DNA from: Halorubrum sp.
GTDB taxonomy: Archaea > Halobacteriota > Halobacteria > Halobacteriales > Haloferacaceae
DNA length: 64,000 nucleotides
Assembly (NCBI GenBank): GCA_003554605.1
Contig: PWGU01000212.1
Span: 2,773-66,772 of the forward strand
Reading direction: 5' to 3'
In this document: piece after piece, positions 48,632-58,118 of the stretch
Position numbering within the stretch: position 1 is the first letter of the stretch
How the letters are laid out: each line of letters starts with the position of its first letter
The notes under the pieces: model-generated
Told to the model about the DNA's origin: nothing
Databases searched by the model: none
Seen by the model: the letters and a program-made list of their open reading frames with translations, nothing else
Program-made: the position numbers and the translations under genes

Positions 48632-48967
48632 ATGAACGACACTGAACTTGACGTGAGACTGGAGTTGGTGGCCGATCGTCACCGCCGGTGTATTCTACAG
48701 TACCTCAGGGGAAAATCGGGGGAAGTGGTACCGATTGCGGAACTCGGTGACGCAGTGAAACGAATGATCGCCGACGAGGAGTGTGACTCGTCGCTCGATC
48801 ACGATCGTCTCGTGGTCCATCTATCGCACGTGCACCTTCCGAAGTTCGCGGAGCACGACGTGATCGAATACGACCGTGACAGCAACACGGTTCGGTACGA
48901 GTCGAGCGAGCAGATCGAGACGTTGCTGGATGTCTGTGTGGAGGAAGCGCGGTCACTCTCGTTATGA
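48632..48967 (+). CDS. DUF7344-type HTH protein (soluble)
   Basis: ADRHRR...LSHVHLPKF...IEYD. Confidence 0.75.
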   Translation: MNDTELDVRLELVADRHRRCILQYLRGKSGEVVPIAELGDAVKRMIADEECDSSLDHDRLVVHLSHVHLPKFAEHDVIEYDRDSNTVRYESSEQIETLLDVCVEEARSLSL

Positions 48968-49053
48968 CGTACACCGACGATGACCGCCAAGTGCGCTGTT
49001 CGATGCAACGGATAGGTTCTCCATACTGATAGCAAGTGGCCCGATCGTCACGG

Positions 49054-49851
49054 CTACTCGTCGATTATTTCCTCCAGTCGCCACGTGAAGATCGCCTTCA
49101 GGACAGCGACCAGACTGTTCGTCTCACCAGCGCCCCAGATGGCGTTCTCGGAGCGTGGATCCGTCGGGGACGCGTCCGCCCCGTTAACGAGGGCACTCAC
49201 GAGGATCTTCCGACCGTCGATCATCAGAAGGCGACCGGCCGGCGTGTCCGACCACATCCACATCGACTCGAACGTCACCACGTCGTCCACCTCGTCGGTG
49301 ATCTGCTCCCGTACCGACTCCGAGACGCCACCGAGCTTGAGCGAGACCCCACGCTCTGTCGCGTCTTTCAGCGCCCCGATCAACTCCGGCGTGAGCAGGT
49401 CGTCGACGGTCATGTACACAATCTCGTCATCGGCCTCGGCGAGAAAGTCCAGGACGCGATCGGTTACTGCGGGCTCACCACTAACCGTCCAGACGCCCCG
49501 CTGCTCGACGTGATGGTCGATCGGATAAATCTCGCTCAGTGCCGTCCGTAACACGTCCGTTCTCTGCTGCAGTTCGCGTTCGAACATCCTGCTCGCCGTA
49601 TCCGCCGAGATCGACCAGAATCGCTTGGGGGAGGACTGCTGGACGTCGATGAGCCCCCGTTCGTGGAGCTCATCGACCGCGTCGTACACGCGAGTCCGGG
49701 GCACCTCCGAGACCTGACTCACTTCCCTCGCTGTACCCTCACCCAGCCCGACCAGCGCGACGAACGTTCGTGCAGCGTAGGCACTCAGTCCGAGCTGTTC
49801 GAGCTCTTCGATCGCTGCGGACCGTGGATCCTCGAGTGGGTCAGTACCCAT
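49054..49851 (-). CDS. TrmB family transcriptional regulator
   Basis: LGLSAYAA...EVPRTRVYD; C-terminal GRLLMID. Confidence 0.85.
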   Translation of the reverse strand: MGTDPLEDPRSAAIEELEQLGLSAYAARTFVALVGLGEGTAREVSQVSEVPRTRVYDAVDELHERGLIDVQQSSPKRFWSISADTASRMFERELQQRTDVLRTALSEIYPIDHHVEQRGVWTVSGEPAVTDRVLDFLAEADDEIVYMTVDDLLTPELIGALKDATERGVSLKLGGVSESVREQITDEVDDVVTFESMWMWSDTPAGRLLMIDGRKILVSALVNGADASPTDPRSENAIWGAGETNSLVAVLKAIFTWRLEEIIDE

Positions 49852-50220
49852 GAGTGATACGGAAAGTGATAGTTCGAAGCAACGACTTCGGACGCAACCG
49901 ACACCGGACATCGCTGAGGAGTGATCGGAACATACGGGAGCGAATCTCTTATCAGTAGTATGGATCGGCACCCAAATATAGTTGTTGTGATTAATCGGGT
50001 TACAGCGCTGGACGGCGGTAGAGAACACATATAGGAGTTATTGACAGTAGTTATATAGATAGTTACAAAATGTTAACCTCCTCGATATGACTGAGATGAG
50101 GCTTCGGGAGCACGTCTTTCTGAGGAAATATCGACAACTGTGAGTAGGTGAGTGACAACACCTATCCGTCCCCCCCGAGTACGTTCGGTAAGGCCCTGTA
50201 GATGGGGAGGACTGAGACAC

Positions 50221-51033
50221 ATGGATACTACTCGAAATGTGGAGGAAGCCATCGAGGTCCTCCAGGAGCTCGGATTGAAGGAATACGAGGCACGGTGTTT
50301 CGTCGGGTTGACCCGAATATCGACGGGGACGGCGAAGAGGCTCAGTGAGATCACCGACGTTCCACGGACTCGCGTGTACGACGCGATCCGAGTACTCGAG
50401 GCACACGGGCTGGTCGAGGTGCAACACTCGAGCCCACAGCGATTCCGCGCGGTGTCACTCGATGAAGCGACCAAGACGCTTCGAGGGCAATACGACTCCC
50501 GAGTAGATCGGCTTCACAGGGCGCTTGAGACGGTCGATGCCATCGATAGCGAGGAGCGATCGATCGTACAGGAGGTATGGGGAATGTCCGGCAGTGACGC
50601 CATCGAAAACCGGACGATCCAGTTGGTCGGCGAAGCAAACGAGGAGGTCGTTCTCGTGATCGGGGACGAGTCGCTGCTGACGTCGGCGCTCGTGAACGCG
50701 CTGAACGACGCCGACGAGGAGATCGATCTGCTCATCGGTGCGTTGACCGAATCGCTCGTCGAGTGCATCCACGATGAGGTGCCGCGAGCGAGAGGGTTCG
50801 TTTCGGGGCTTGAATGGTTACACGGACCGGACGCCGGGACGGAGGAGACGGCAATCGGGCGCCTCCTGTTGGTCGATCGCTCCTCGATCCTGGTGAGTTC
50901 CATCATGCCGAAAACGAGAGAAGAGCAGGCGATCTTCGGCGAAGGGTTCGGCAACGGACTCGTCGTGATCGCGCGTCGACTCATGGCACAGGGACTGCTC
51001 CCCGTTCGCGACCCCTCGACGCGAGGTCAATGA
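50221..51033 (+). CDS. TrmB family transcriptional regulator
   Basis: LGLKEYEA...DVPRTRVYD; GRLLLVD. Confidence 0.85.
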   Translation: MDTTRNVEEAIEVLQELGLKEYEARCFVGLTRISTGTAKRLSEITDVPRTRVYDAIRVLEAHGLVEVQHSSPQRFRAVSLDEATKTLRGQYDSRVDRLHRALETVDAIDSEERSIVQEVWGMSGSDAIENRTIQLVGEANEEVVLVIGDESLLTSALVNALNDADEEIDLLIGALTESLVECIHDEVPRARGFVSGLEWLHGPDAGTEETAIGRLLLVDRSSILVSSIMPKTREEQAIFGEGFGNGLVVIARRLMAQGLLPVRDPSTRGQ

Positions 51034-51130
51034 CCGGCGTATGACATCCTCCCCGGCGTAACCGCCGGAGTTTCCTCGCGCTGGGGGTAGCCATGGTATC
51101 GACGAAATTCTGTTGAATTCCGTTATTCGG

Positions 51131-52471
51131 CTACGTGAATAGACTGGTTCCTTCGAACGCCTCCGGACGCGGCAATCCCAGCAGGTCACAGAGCGTGGGT
51201 GCGATATCGTACAGGTCGGCGTCCCCGATCACTGCATCGGGATGGTCGATGAACAGGAGCGCGTTGTCGAACGTGTGCATCCCGGTACGAGGCCCGACAT
51301 CGAAAAGAGGCCCGTCGGTGGAGAATCCGGATTTGAGGTCGTATCCGTCGGTAGGGATGGCGACGAGGTCCGGGGCGGACCCCGCGTACGGACCGCTGAA
51401 CGCATCCGTTCCGACGACGACGCGATCACAGACCGGCGTTCCGTCGGGACCGATGAGATCTCGGAGTTCACCGGCGAGTTCGGCCCGTACGGCGTCGTAC
51501 TCGTCCGGTGCCACGATCCCGTCCGGTTCCCTCCCTTCGAGGTTGAGGTAGAATCGACCCGGAATGAGCGAGTACGCCCGGGACTCGGCGGCGACGTCCG
51601 CGAGCGTTTCACCGTCCGGGGCCGGCGGGAGCCACCCGTTTTGTGAAAGCCAGCGGTTGCAGTGGACTTCGTGGTGCTGCATGGTGAATCCGTGATCGGA
51701 GGCGACGACGAGCGTCGTGTCCTCGGCGAGCTCGTCGTGAACCTCGCCCACGAAGGCGTCAACCTGCTCGTAGAACGAAAGGAACCGGTCCGCCAGCGGA
51801 CCCTCATTCGCGTACTCGCCGAACAGGAAGTGGTTGACACGATCCGTCGCCATGTACACCCCGAACAGCAGGTCCCAGTCGTCGGCTTCGAGGTAGTGCA
51901 TGAACACACGGTGTCTCGCAGCTAGCGTCTCGTGCGCGTCGTCGAGGAACGCCGACAGATCCGCACGGTGACCGAGGCCGCCGTCGACGTCGATACGGTA
52001 TCCCAATTGGTCGAGCACACACCGTGTCGACGCGTCCGCTGCCGCCGCTTCCACCGACGGGGAGAGGAACCCGGAGACGTGTCGCTGGATGGTGCCGCTC
52101 GGGGGGTACGTCATGGGAACGTTGAGCACGGTGGCGTCGCGTCCCGCGTCCGTGACGTGATCCCAGATGGGGGTGGCTGCGACGTCATCCGACGTGGGCA
52201 CGTAGGTCTCATACGAGTCCCGCTTTCGGTCCTGAAACCCGTAGACACCGGTTGAACCCGGGTTCACGCCCGTCGCCAACGCCGGCCAGCAGGCGCTGGA
52301 TTCCGGCGGAACCACGCTGTCGATGGGCCCCGCGGCGCCCCGTTCCGCGAGGGAGTGCAGGTTCGGAAACGTCGCAGGATGGTCCCGAACGAGGCTGTAC
52401 GGGACGCCGTCGATACCCAGGAAGACGACGCGGTCGTCCTCGCTGTCACGGCCCGACTCGGTGACAGTCAT
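51131..52471 (-). CDS. alkaline phosphatase superfamily protein
   Basis: LGIDG, PPESSACWPALATGVNPG, SDHGF, TGMH, DIAPT. Confidence 0.85.
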   Translation of the reverse strand: MTVTESGRDSEDDRVVFLGIDGVPYSLVRDHPATFPNLHSLAERGAAGPIDSVVPPESSACWPALATGVNPGSTGVYGFQDRKRDSYETYVPTSDDVAATPIWDHVTDAGRDATVLNVPMTYPPSGTIQRHVSGFLSPSVEAAAADASTRCVLDQLGYRIDVDGGLGHRADLSAFLDDAHETLAARHRVFMHYLEADDWDLLFGVYMATDRVNHFLFGEYANEGPLADRFLSFYEQVDAFVGEVHDELAEDTTLVVASDHGFTMQHHEVHCNRWLSQNGWLPPAPDGETLADVAAESRAYSLIPGRFYLNLEGREPDGIVAPDEYDAVRAELAGELRDLIGPDGTPVCDRVVVGTDAFSGPYAGSAPDLVAIPTDGYDLKSGFSTDGPLFDVGPRTGMHTFDNALLFIDHPDAVIGDADLYDIAPTLCDLLGLPRPEAFEGTSLFT

Positions 52472-52599
52472 CGTTCGTACTCACCCCTCAAAGCGCCTAT
52501 GGGGCGTCGACGTGCCGTCACGACGGCGGCGACCGCCGGTCGCAGCGGTGTCCGATCATCGGCCGATGGTGATCCGCATGGAGGCTGTTGCATCGGCGG

Positions 52600-53964
52600 T
52601 CAGTCCCCTCGACGACGTGCGATCACGGCGACCAGCGCGAGCAGGAGCGCGGCCAGCATCGGAACGACGCCGAATCCGGGGACGGCGTCGGTCGTTCCCG
52701 CCGCGTCGTCTTCGCGGGGCGTCGACGTACCCGCGTCATCGGCCGTCGAGTTCGGGACGTCAGTCGTCTCATTGTTTTGTTCGGACATCTCGGTGAGCTC
52801 GGGCACCTCGATTTGTTCGGGCGTCGGTTCGGTGACGTTCACGGAGAACGACTCCCGTGAGTCCTCGGCGTCGACGGCGAAATCGAGGTCGCCGGTTAGA
52901 TCGGTGTTTGTCCGGTACGTCAGCTGTACGGTCGTCGACGCGTTCGGTGCGACGGAGACGGCCTCCGCGTCGGTTCGGAGATCGTTTAAAAGGAGCGTCA
53001 CGGTGGTGTTTGCAGTTGCATTGCCCGCATTGTGGAGCCCGAAGGACGCCTCGACGTGCTCGCCGGCATCGACCGTGGAGTTGGTGTCGATAGAGTCGAC
53101 GAGGAGGTTGCTCCGTCGTGGCTCGAGGACGAGCTCCCGTGTCTCGGTACTGTCGGGCGTTTCCACGGCGAGCTCGTGGGTCCCATTCTCCAGCTCGCTC
53201 GTGTTGTACGCGTACGTCACCGTTTGCTGGGTGCCTCTATCCAGTTCGACGGCTGTCTCATTGACCGTCGACCCGTCGGCAGTGAACCAGACGAGCTTCT
53301 CCCCCCCGGCCGTCCCCGTATTCTCCACGGTCGCCTGCAGGTGGACGACATCACCGACGGTCGCGGACTGCGTCACGTTGAGCGAGGTGGCGTCGAACGA
53401 GGCAGATCCGGTGAATCCGCTCGAACCGGAACCGCTTCCATCGTCGCTGCTCGTGTCCTCCGTTTCGTCGTCGCGCTCGTCGTCGCGCTCGTCGATCGTG
53501 ACCGTGCGCGTTGCCGTGTCGTCGGGCGTTCCGACGGTCATCGACCAGTCGTCGGCGTCGCCACTTTTACTGACGTAGCTGAGCGACACCGATCGCGACT
53601 CACCGGGCTCGAGCGAGACGCTCGTGTCACCCTTGCGATATTCACCGAGGTCGAACCACACGTTCCCAGTACCGGCTTCCTCGCCGATGTTGTCGACCGT
53701 CGCGGTGACCTCGATGGTCTCACCGACCGTGATCGGGGTGTTCGTCTCCACGTCCGTGATGACGAACTCGGCGGGCAAGGGGTCGTCCGTGCCGTTCTCC
53801 TCGGTGCTGTTCTCGCCACCGCCGTCCGCCGTCGAAGCGACGAGATCGGTGGCGTCGACGGCGACGACGGAGTCGCCCTGTGATGGTGAATCGGCCACGG
53901 TCGCTCCGGTAAACGCCGCCGCGGCTATCACGAGTGCCAGTAAATATGTTCGAAGTCGAACCAT
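52600..53964 (-). CDS. PGF-CTERM cell-surface glycoprotein with CARDB-like Ig domains
   Basis: Sec signal, three beta-rich repeats, many NxS/T, VPGFG-TM-RRR tail; variant motif ATA-N9-TACTTT 26 nt before ATG. Confidence 0.85.
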   Translation of the reverse strand: MVRLRTYLLALVIAAAAFTGATVADSPSQGDSVVAVDATDLVASTADGGGENSTEENGTDDPLPAEFVITDVETNTPITVGETIEVTATVDNIGEEAGTGNVWFDLGEYRKGDTSVSLEPGESRSVSLSYVSKSGDADDWSMTVGTPDDTATRTVTIDERDDERDDETEDTSSDDGSGSGSSGFTGSASFDATSLNVTQSATVGDVVHLQATVENTGTAGGEKLVWFTADGSTVNETAVELDRGTQQTVTYAYNTSELENGTHELAVETPDSTETRELVLEPRRSNLLVDSIDTNSTVDAGEHVEASFGLHNAGNATANTTVTLLLNDLRTDAEAVSVAPNASTTVQLTYRTNTDLTGDLDFAVDAEDSRESFSVNVTEPTPEQIEVPELTEMSEQNNETTDVPNSTADDAGTSTPREDDAAGTTDAVPGFGVVPMLAALLLALVAVIARRRGD

Positions 53965-54129
53965 GGACGTACCGGGGTAACCATACCCGAAAAGTATGGA
54001 GTCGGTATCACGGATAGAAAGCCACTACCGGACGAGAGGCAGGGAGGATGGGGACCAAACGAAGCCGAAACCAACCAACGAACTGCACATTGAAAATACT
54101 GGTTTATGGCAACAAGCGGATTCCTCCGT

Positions 54130-54975
54130 ATGGCAAAATTGCCAGTATCACGTCGCAGGTTCGGCGGAACGATCGCAATCGGAATCGTCGCGCTCGCCGG
54201 TTGTGCGGACGACCCGGACGACGCCGACGATGGCGAGGACGTAACCGACGACTCCGCCGACGAGGAGCCCCCGGCGGACGACAACGGCGATGAGGAGCCC
54301 CCAGCGGACGACAGCGACGACGAGGAGGAAGATGATGACGAAGCGGATGACGACAGTGAGACGGAAGGAATGGTCCGCGCCGTCCACGGGTCGCCCGATG
54401 CGCCGAACGTGGACGTGTACTTCGACGACGAACTCACGCTGGAGGACGTTCCGTTCCGCACCGTCAGCGACTATCTCACCGTTCCCGCGAGCGCGTACGA
54501 CGTGGTGATCACCGCCGCTGGCGACGAGGACACGGTCGTGTACGACGACACGGTCGACATCGAGGCGGACAGCGCGGTGACGCTTGTCGCGCTCGGGGAG
54601 CTCGAGGACGACTCCTTCGAGGTTCGTGGCTTTGAGGACGACGTGTCGGCAGTCGATGACGACGAGGCGCGCGTGAAAGTCATCCACGCGTCGCCCGACG
54701 CGCCGAACATCGATATCGTTCCGGAGGGATCGGACGATCCGTTGTTCGCGGATCTGGCGTTCGGCGAGGCGAGTGAGTCCGAGACGGTACCGTCGGACAC
54801 CTACGAGCTGGAGGTGAGAGCCGCCGGAGAGGAGGACGCGGTCGAGACGTTCTCCGTCGAGCTCGACGGCGCGACCGCGTACTCGGCGTTCGCGATGGGC
54901 TATCTCGATCCGGAGTCCGCTCCCGTCGACGAACCGCTCGACCTCACCGTGGCGGTCGACACCGAGGACGAATAA
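54130..54975 (+). CDS. DUF4397 family Tat lipoprotein
   Basis: SRRRF, LAGC, two VRAVHGSPDAPNVD-type repeats. Confidence 0.85.
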   Translation: MAKLPVSRRRFGGTIAIGIVALAGCADDPDDADDGEDVTDDSADEEPPADDNGDEEPPADDSDDEEEDDDEADDDSETEGMVRAVHGSPDAPNVDVYFDDELTLEDVPFRTVSDYLTVPASAYDVVITAAGDEDTVVYDDTVDIEADSAVTLVALGELEDDSFEVRGFEDDVSAVDDDEARVKVIHASPDAPNIDIVPEGSDDPLFADLAFGEASESETVPSDTYELEVRAAGEEDAVETFSVELDGATAYSAFAMGYLDPESAPVDEPLDLTVAVDTEDE

Positions 54976-55027
54976 CCACGCACCTCCGCCGCTCGTCGCT
55001 TACTGCCCACCGCGTACTGCTCGTCGC

Positions 55028-55219
55028 TCACCGCTTACTGCTCACTGCACAATAGGAGCCTTCTTCGGCAGAGATCCACGCCGTCATCACCGACTCGTCG
55101 GTCGAGTCCTCTCCCGGGGAATCGAGGTGGATCGTACAGAGATCCGGCGCGCCGACGTACCGCTCGATGGTCGTCACCACCGGACTGTCGCCCGACCGGT
55201 CCGAATTCGTGTGCGTCAT
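55028..55219 (-). CDS. small haloarchaeal protein (DUF7511-like)
   Basis: PDLCTIH...MTAWISA..GSY. Confidence 0.7.
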   Translation of the reverse strand: MTHTNSDRSGDSPVVTTIERYVGAPDLCTIHLDSPGEDSTDESVMTAWISAEEGSYCAVSSKR

Positions 55220-55247
55220 TCGAGGCCATCCACACGGTCCCTGATCT

Positions 55248-55289
55248 TTGTTATATATCGATTACCGTCGAGTATCACCCGTATAGCAA
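55248..55289. promoter_or_regulatory. back-to-back cluster motifs for a divergent gene pair
   Basis: Minus GTA atcgatata TAACAA (55248-55265) 28 nt before ATG 55219; plus GTA tcacccgta TAGCAA (55272-55289) 27 nt before ATG 55317. Confidence 0.7.
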
Positions 55290-55316
55290 TACCACACCAA
55301 ACGGGTACGTTGCAGT

Positions 55317-55610
55317 ATGTCTCGAGAGTGGGACCTCGTGGGGTTCGTGGTGAGTTCGACGTACCGGCAGTATGTCATCTCCCGTCTGGACGAATCGCCG
55401 TCGACGACGACGGAGATCGCCGACGAAACCGGGCTTGCAACGTCACACGTGTCACGAACGCTGCGTGAGCTCGTCGATCGGTCGATCGTCACGCTCGCCG
55501 TCCCGGACGACCAGCACCGTAACCGAATCTACGAGCTAACCGATCGCGGAGAGAAACTGTGGCAACGTATCCGTGAAGCCGGCCTTAACGAGCCGTTGAC
55601 GGGCGACTAA
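55317..55610 (+). CDS. ArsR/MarR-type winged-helix regulator
   Basis: WDLVGFVVSSTYR...HVSRTLREL...LAVPDD...YELTDRG; closest to 296-574. Confidence 0.85.
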   Translation: MSREWDLVGFVVSSTYRQYVISRLDESPSTTTEIADETGLATSHVSRTLRELVDRSIVTLAVPDDQHRNRIYELTDRGEKLWQRIREAGLNEPLTGD

Positions 55611-55661
55611 CGAGCGGTACGAACCACCTACTAATGATGATCAACGGGAGAGCTATCGACC

Positions 55662-56630
55662 ATGCCAGAGACGTTCCCGGCGTATGTCGACGTTGAGTAT
55701 CAGGACGGAGCCGACGAACTGCCCGAGACGTATCCGTCACTCCGGACGAAACTCGATCGAGCGGCGGCGGTGACCAAAACGGCCCTCGAACAGTACCGCG
55801 ATCCGGCGCTCCTGTGGACCGGCGGGAAGGATTCCACGTTGGCGCTCCACGTCGCTCGCACCGTCGCCGAGCAAACCGGGCTCCAGACGCCGACCGTCGT
55901 GTTCATCGACCACTTCCAGCACTTCCCCGAGGTGCACGCGTTCGTCGACTGTTGGACGGAGGAGTGGGATCTCGATCTGGTCGTCGCGCGCAACGACTCC
56001 ATCGCCGAACACGTTGCTGACCGGGGCTTAAAGCCCGGCGACGAGATCGTCATCGACGACCTCGACGACCACAATCGGTGGCACGCCCGGCAAATTCTCG
56101 ACTACGAGGAGGAGACGTTCCCCTTCCTGTTGGACACCTACGTCGGCAATCACCTGCTCAAAACGTTCGCGCTCAACGACGCATTGGATGAACACGGGTT
56201 CGACGGTGTCATCTCTGGCGTTCGGTGGGACGAACAGGAGGCACGCGCCGACGAGACGTTCTTTTCGCCGCGTCACGACGAGAACCTCTACCCGCCACAC
56301 GATCGGGTGCACCCGATCCTCCCGTTCACGGAACGCGACGTCTGGGATGCACTCTTTTCGGTCGTCGTCCCGGAGACGGTCGACAGCTACCCCGCGGGTC
56401 ACGTGCCGGAGGATCGGGATGACCTTCCGGACGCCGTGGGTGCTCGGTCGATCCCCGTGTCGACGCTGTATTTCGACGGGTATCGGTCGATCGGCAGCGA
56501 ACACGCCACGGAGCGGAGCGGTGATGAGCCAGCTTGGCTGCAGGACACCGACGCCACCGCCGAGCGCGGCGGGCGTGCACAGGACAAAGAGGATCTGATG
56601 GACCGACTCCGAACGTTCGGGTATATGTGA
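55662..56630 (+). CDS. PAPS reductase family / CysD-like sulfate adenylyltransferase subunit
   Basis: WTGGKDS PP-loop, GVRWDE, GYRSIG, ERGGRAQDKE; variant motif GTA-N9-TACTAA 27 nt upstream. Confidence 0.8.
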   Translation: MPETFPAYVDVEYQDGADELPETYPSLRTKLDRAAAVTKTALEQYRDPALLWTGGKDSTLALHVARTVAEQTGLQTPTVVFIDHFQHFPEVHAFVDCWTEEWDLDLVVARNDSIAEHVADRGLKPGDEIVIDDLDDHNRWHARQILDYEEETFPFLLDTYVGNHLLKTFALNDALDEHGFDGVISGVRWDEQEARADETFFSPRHDENLYPPHDRVHPILPFTERDVWDALFSVVVPETVDSYPAGHVPEDRDDLPDAVGARSIPVSTLYFDGYRSIGSEHATERSGDEPAWLQDTDATAERGGRAQDKEDLMDRLRTFGYM

Positions 56631-58114
56631 TGTCCGATCGGACGGAGGGTGCCGATGCATCCACGGCCGTGGACGCAGGCGACCCCACGACGGGCACCAG
56701 CGGGGGCGATATCGACGGCCCCAACGACGCCGACGGCGCCCCGAGACTGTTCGGGACGAGCGGTATCAGGGGGCCGATCGGCGAAACGGTGACGGCTGAG
56801 ACGGCGCTCAACGTCGGACGAGCCGTCGCGTCAGCCGGCGCCGATCGTGTGGTGCTCGGGCGCGATGTGCGGACGACCGGGAGGGTGCTCGCGGACGCAG
56901 TAGCGGCGGGAGTGCGTGAATGTGGGGCCGACGTCGTCGACCTCGGCACGGTATCGACCCCGACCGTCGCACGGTTCGTGTCGGTGACGGAAGCCGACGC
57001 CGGGATCGTCGTCACCGCCTCCCACAACCCGCCACAGGACAACGGGCTGAAGCTCTGGGAGTCCGACGGCCGGGCGTTCGGGACGGAGCGACGGCGGCGT
57101 ATCGAGCGAATCATCCACGAGGGGGCCTTCGAGTTCGCGCAGTGGGATGGGGTCGGTCGACGGTCGGACGGACGGCAGGTTGCGCTCGACCACCACCGGG
57201 AACGGCTCGTCACCGTCGCCCGTGAGCGGGGCGACGGTGTGGCGGACTGTGAGGTCGTCATCGACGTGGGCAACGGGGTGGGCGGGATAACGGCGAGAGT
57301 ACTCCACGAGGCTGGCTGTCGGGTGCACACCCTCAACGGCGAGCCGGACGGCCGCTTCCCCGGCCGAGCGAGCGAGCCCACGGCAGGGAACTGCATGGCG
57401 CTGCGGATGCTCGTGGGCGGAACCGATGCGGACTTCGGTATCGCTCACGACGGCGACGCGGACCGTATGCTCGCCGTCGACGAGAACGGCCGATTCGTTC
57501 CCGGTGACCAGCTGCTGGCGCTGTTCGCAACCGACGCCGCGGCCGACGGTGATATCGTTGCAGCGCCACTAAACACGAGCCTCGCCGTGGAACGGGCGTT
57601 GGCCGACGTCGGTGCCGAGTTGAGCAGAACGCGTGTCGGAGACGTTCACGTGGCCCGCCGGGCCGTCGAGGAAGGCGCGGTGTTCGCCGGCGAGCCCAGT
57701 GGTGCGTGGATCTGGCCCGCCGAGGCGACGTTCCCGGATGGCCCCCTTGCAGCCTGTAAGCTCGCCGCACTTGCCGGCGAGCGAGGGTCGATCGCCGATG
57801 CCGTCGACGCGCTTCCCCGGTCGACGATCGTACGGGATACCGTCTCGCTATCGACGGACGGCCGGGCTAACGACGCGGAGCGGATCATCGATGCGGCCAC
57901 GAGCGCCGCTCGGCAGCGGGCCGAGTCGGTGACGACGTTGGACGGACTGCGGGTGACGACGGATGGGGGGTGGTACCTCGTCCGAGCCAGCGGCACACAG
58001 CCGCTGATCCGACTCACTGCCGAAGGACGGACCGACGAGGGGAGCGGACTGCTGCTCCAGCGAGCGCGAACGCTGGTCGAGAGCGCAATCGCGGATGCGT
58101 CACCGGAGGTGTAG
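56630..58114 (+). CDS. phosphohexomutase (phosphoglucosamine mutase/phosphomannomutase)
   Basis: LFGTSGIRG, TASHNP, DGDADR, GEPSG, RASGTQP. Confidence 0.9.
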   Translation: MSDRTEGADASTAVDAGDPTTGTSGGDIDGPNDADGAPRLFGTSGIRGPIGETVTAETALNVGRAVASAGADRVVLGRDVRTTGRVLADAVAAGVRECGADVVDLGTVSTPTVARFVSVTEADAGIVVTASHNPPQDNGLKLWESDGRAFGTERRRRIERIIHEGAFEFAQWDGVGRRSDGRQVALDHHRERLVTVARERGDGVADCEVVIDVGNGVGGITARVLHEAGCRVHTLNGEPDGRFPGRASEPTAGNCMALRMLVGGTDADFGIAHDGDADRMLAVDENGRFVPGDQLLALFATDAAADGDIVAAPLNTSLAVERALADVGAELSRTRVGDVHVARRAVEEGAVFAGEPSGAWIWPAEATFPDGPLAACKLAALAGERGSIADAVDALPRSTIVRDTVSLSTDGRANDAERIIDAATSAARQRAESVTTLDGLRVTTDGGWYLVRASGTQPLIRLTAEGRTDEGSGLLLQRARTLVESAIADASPEV

Positions 58115-58118
58115 AATC

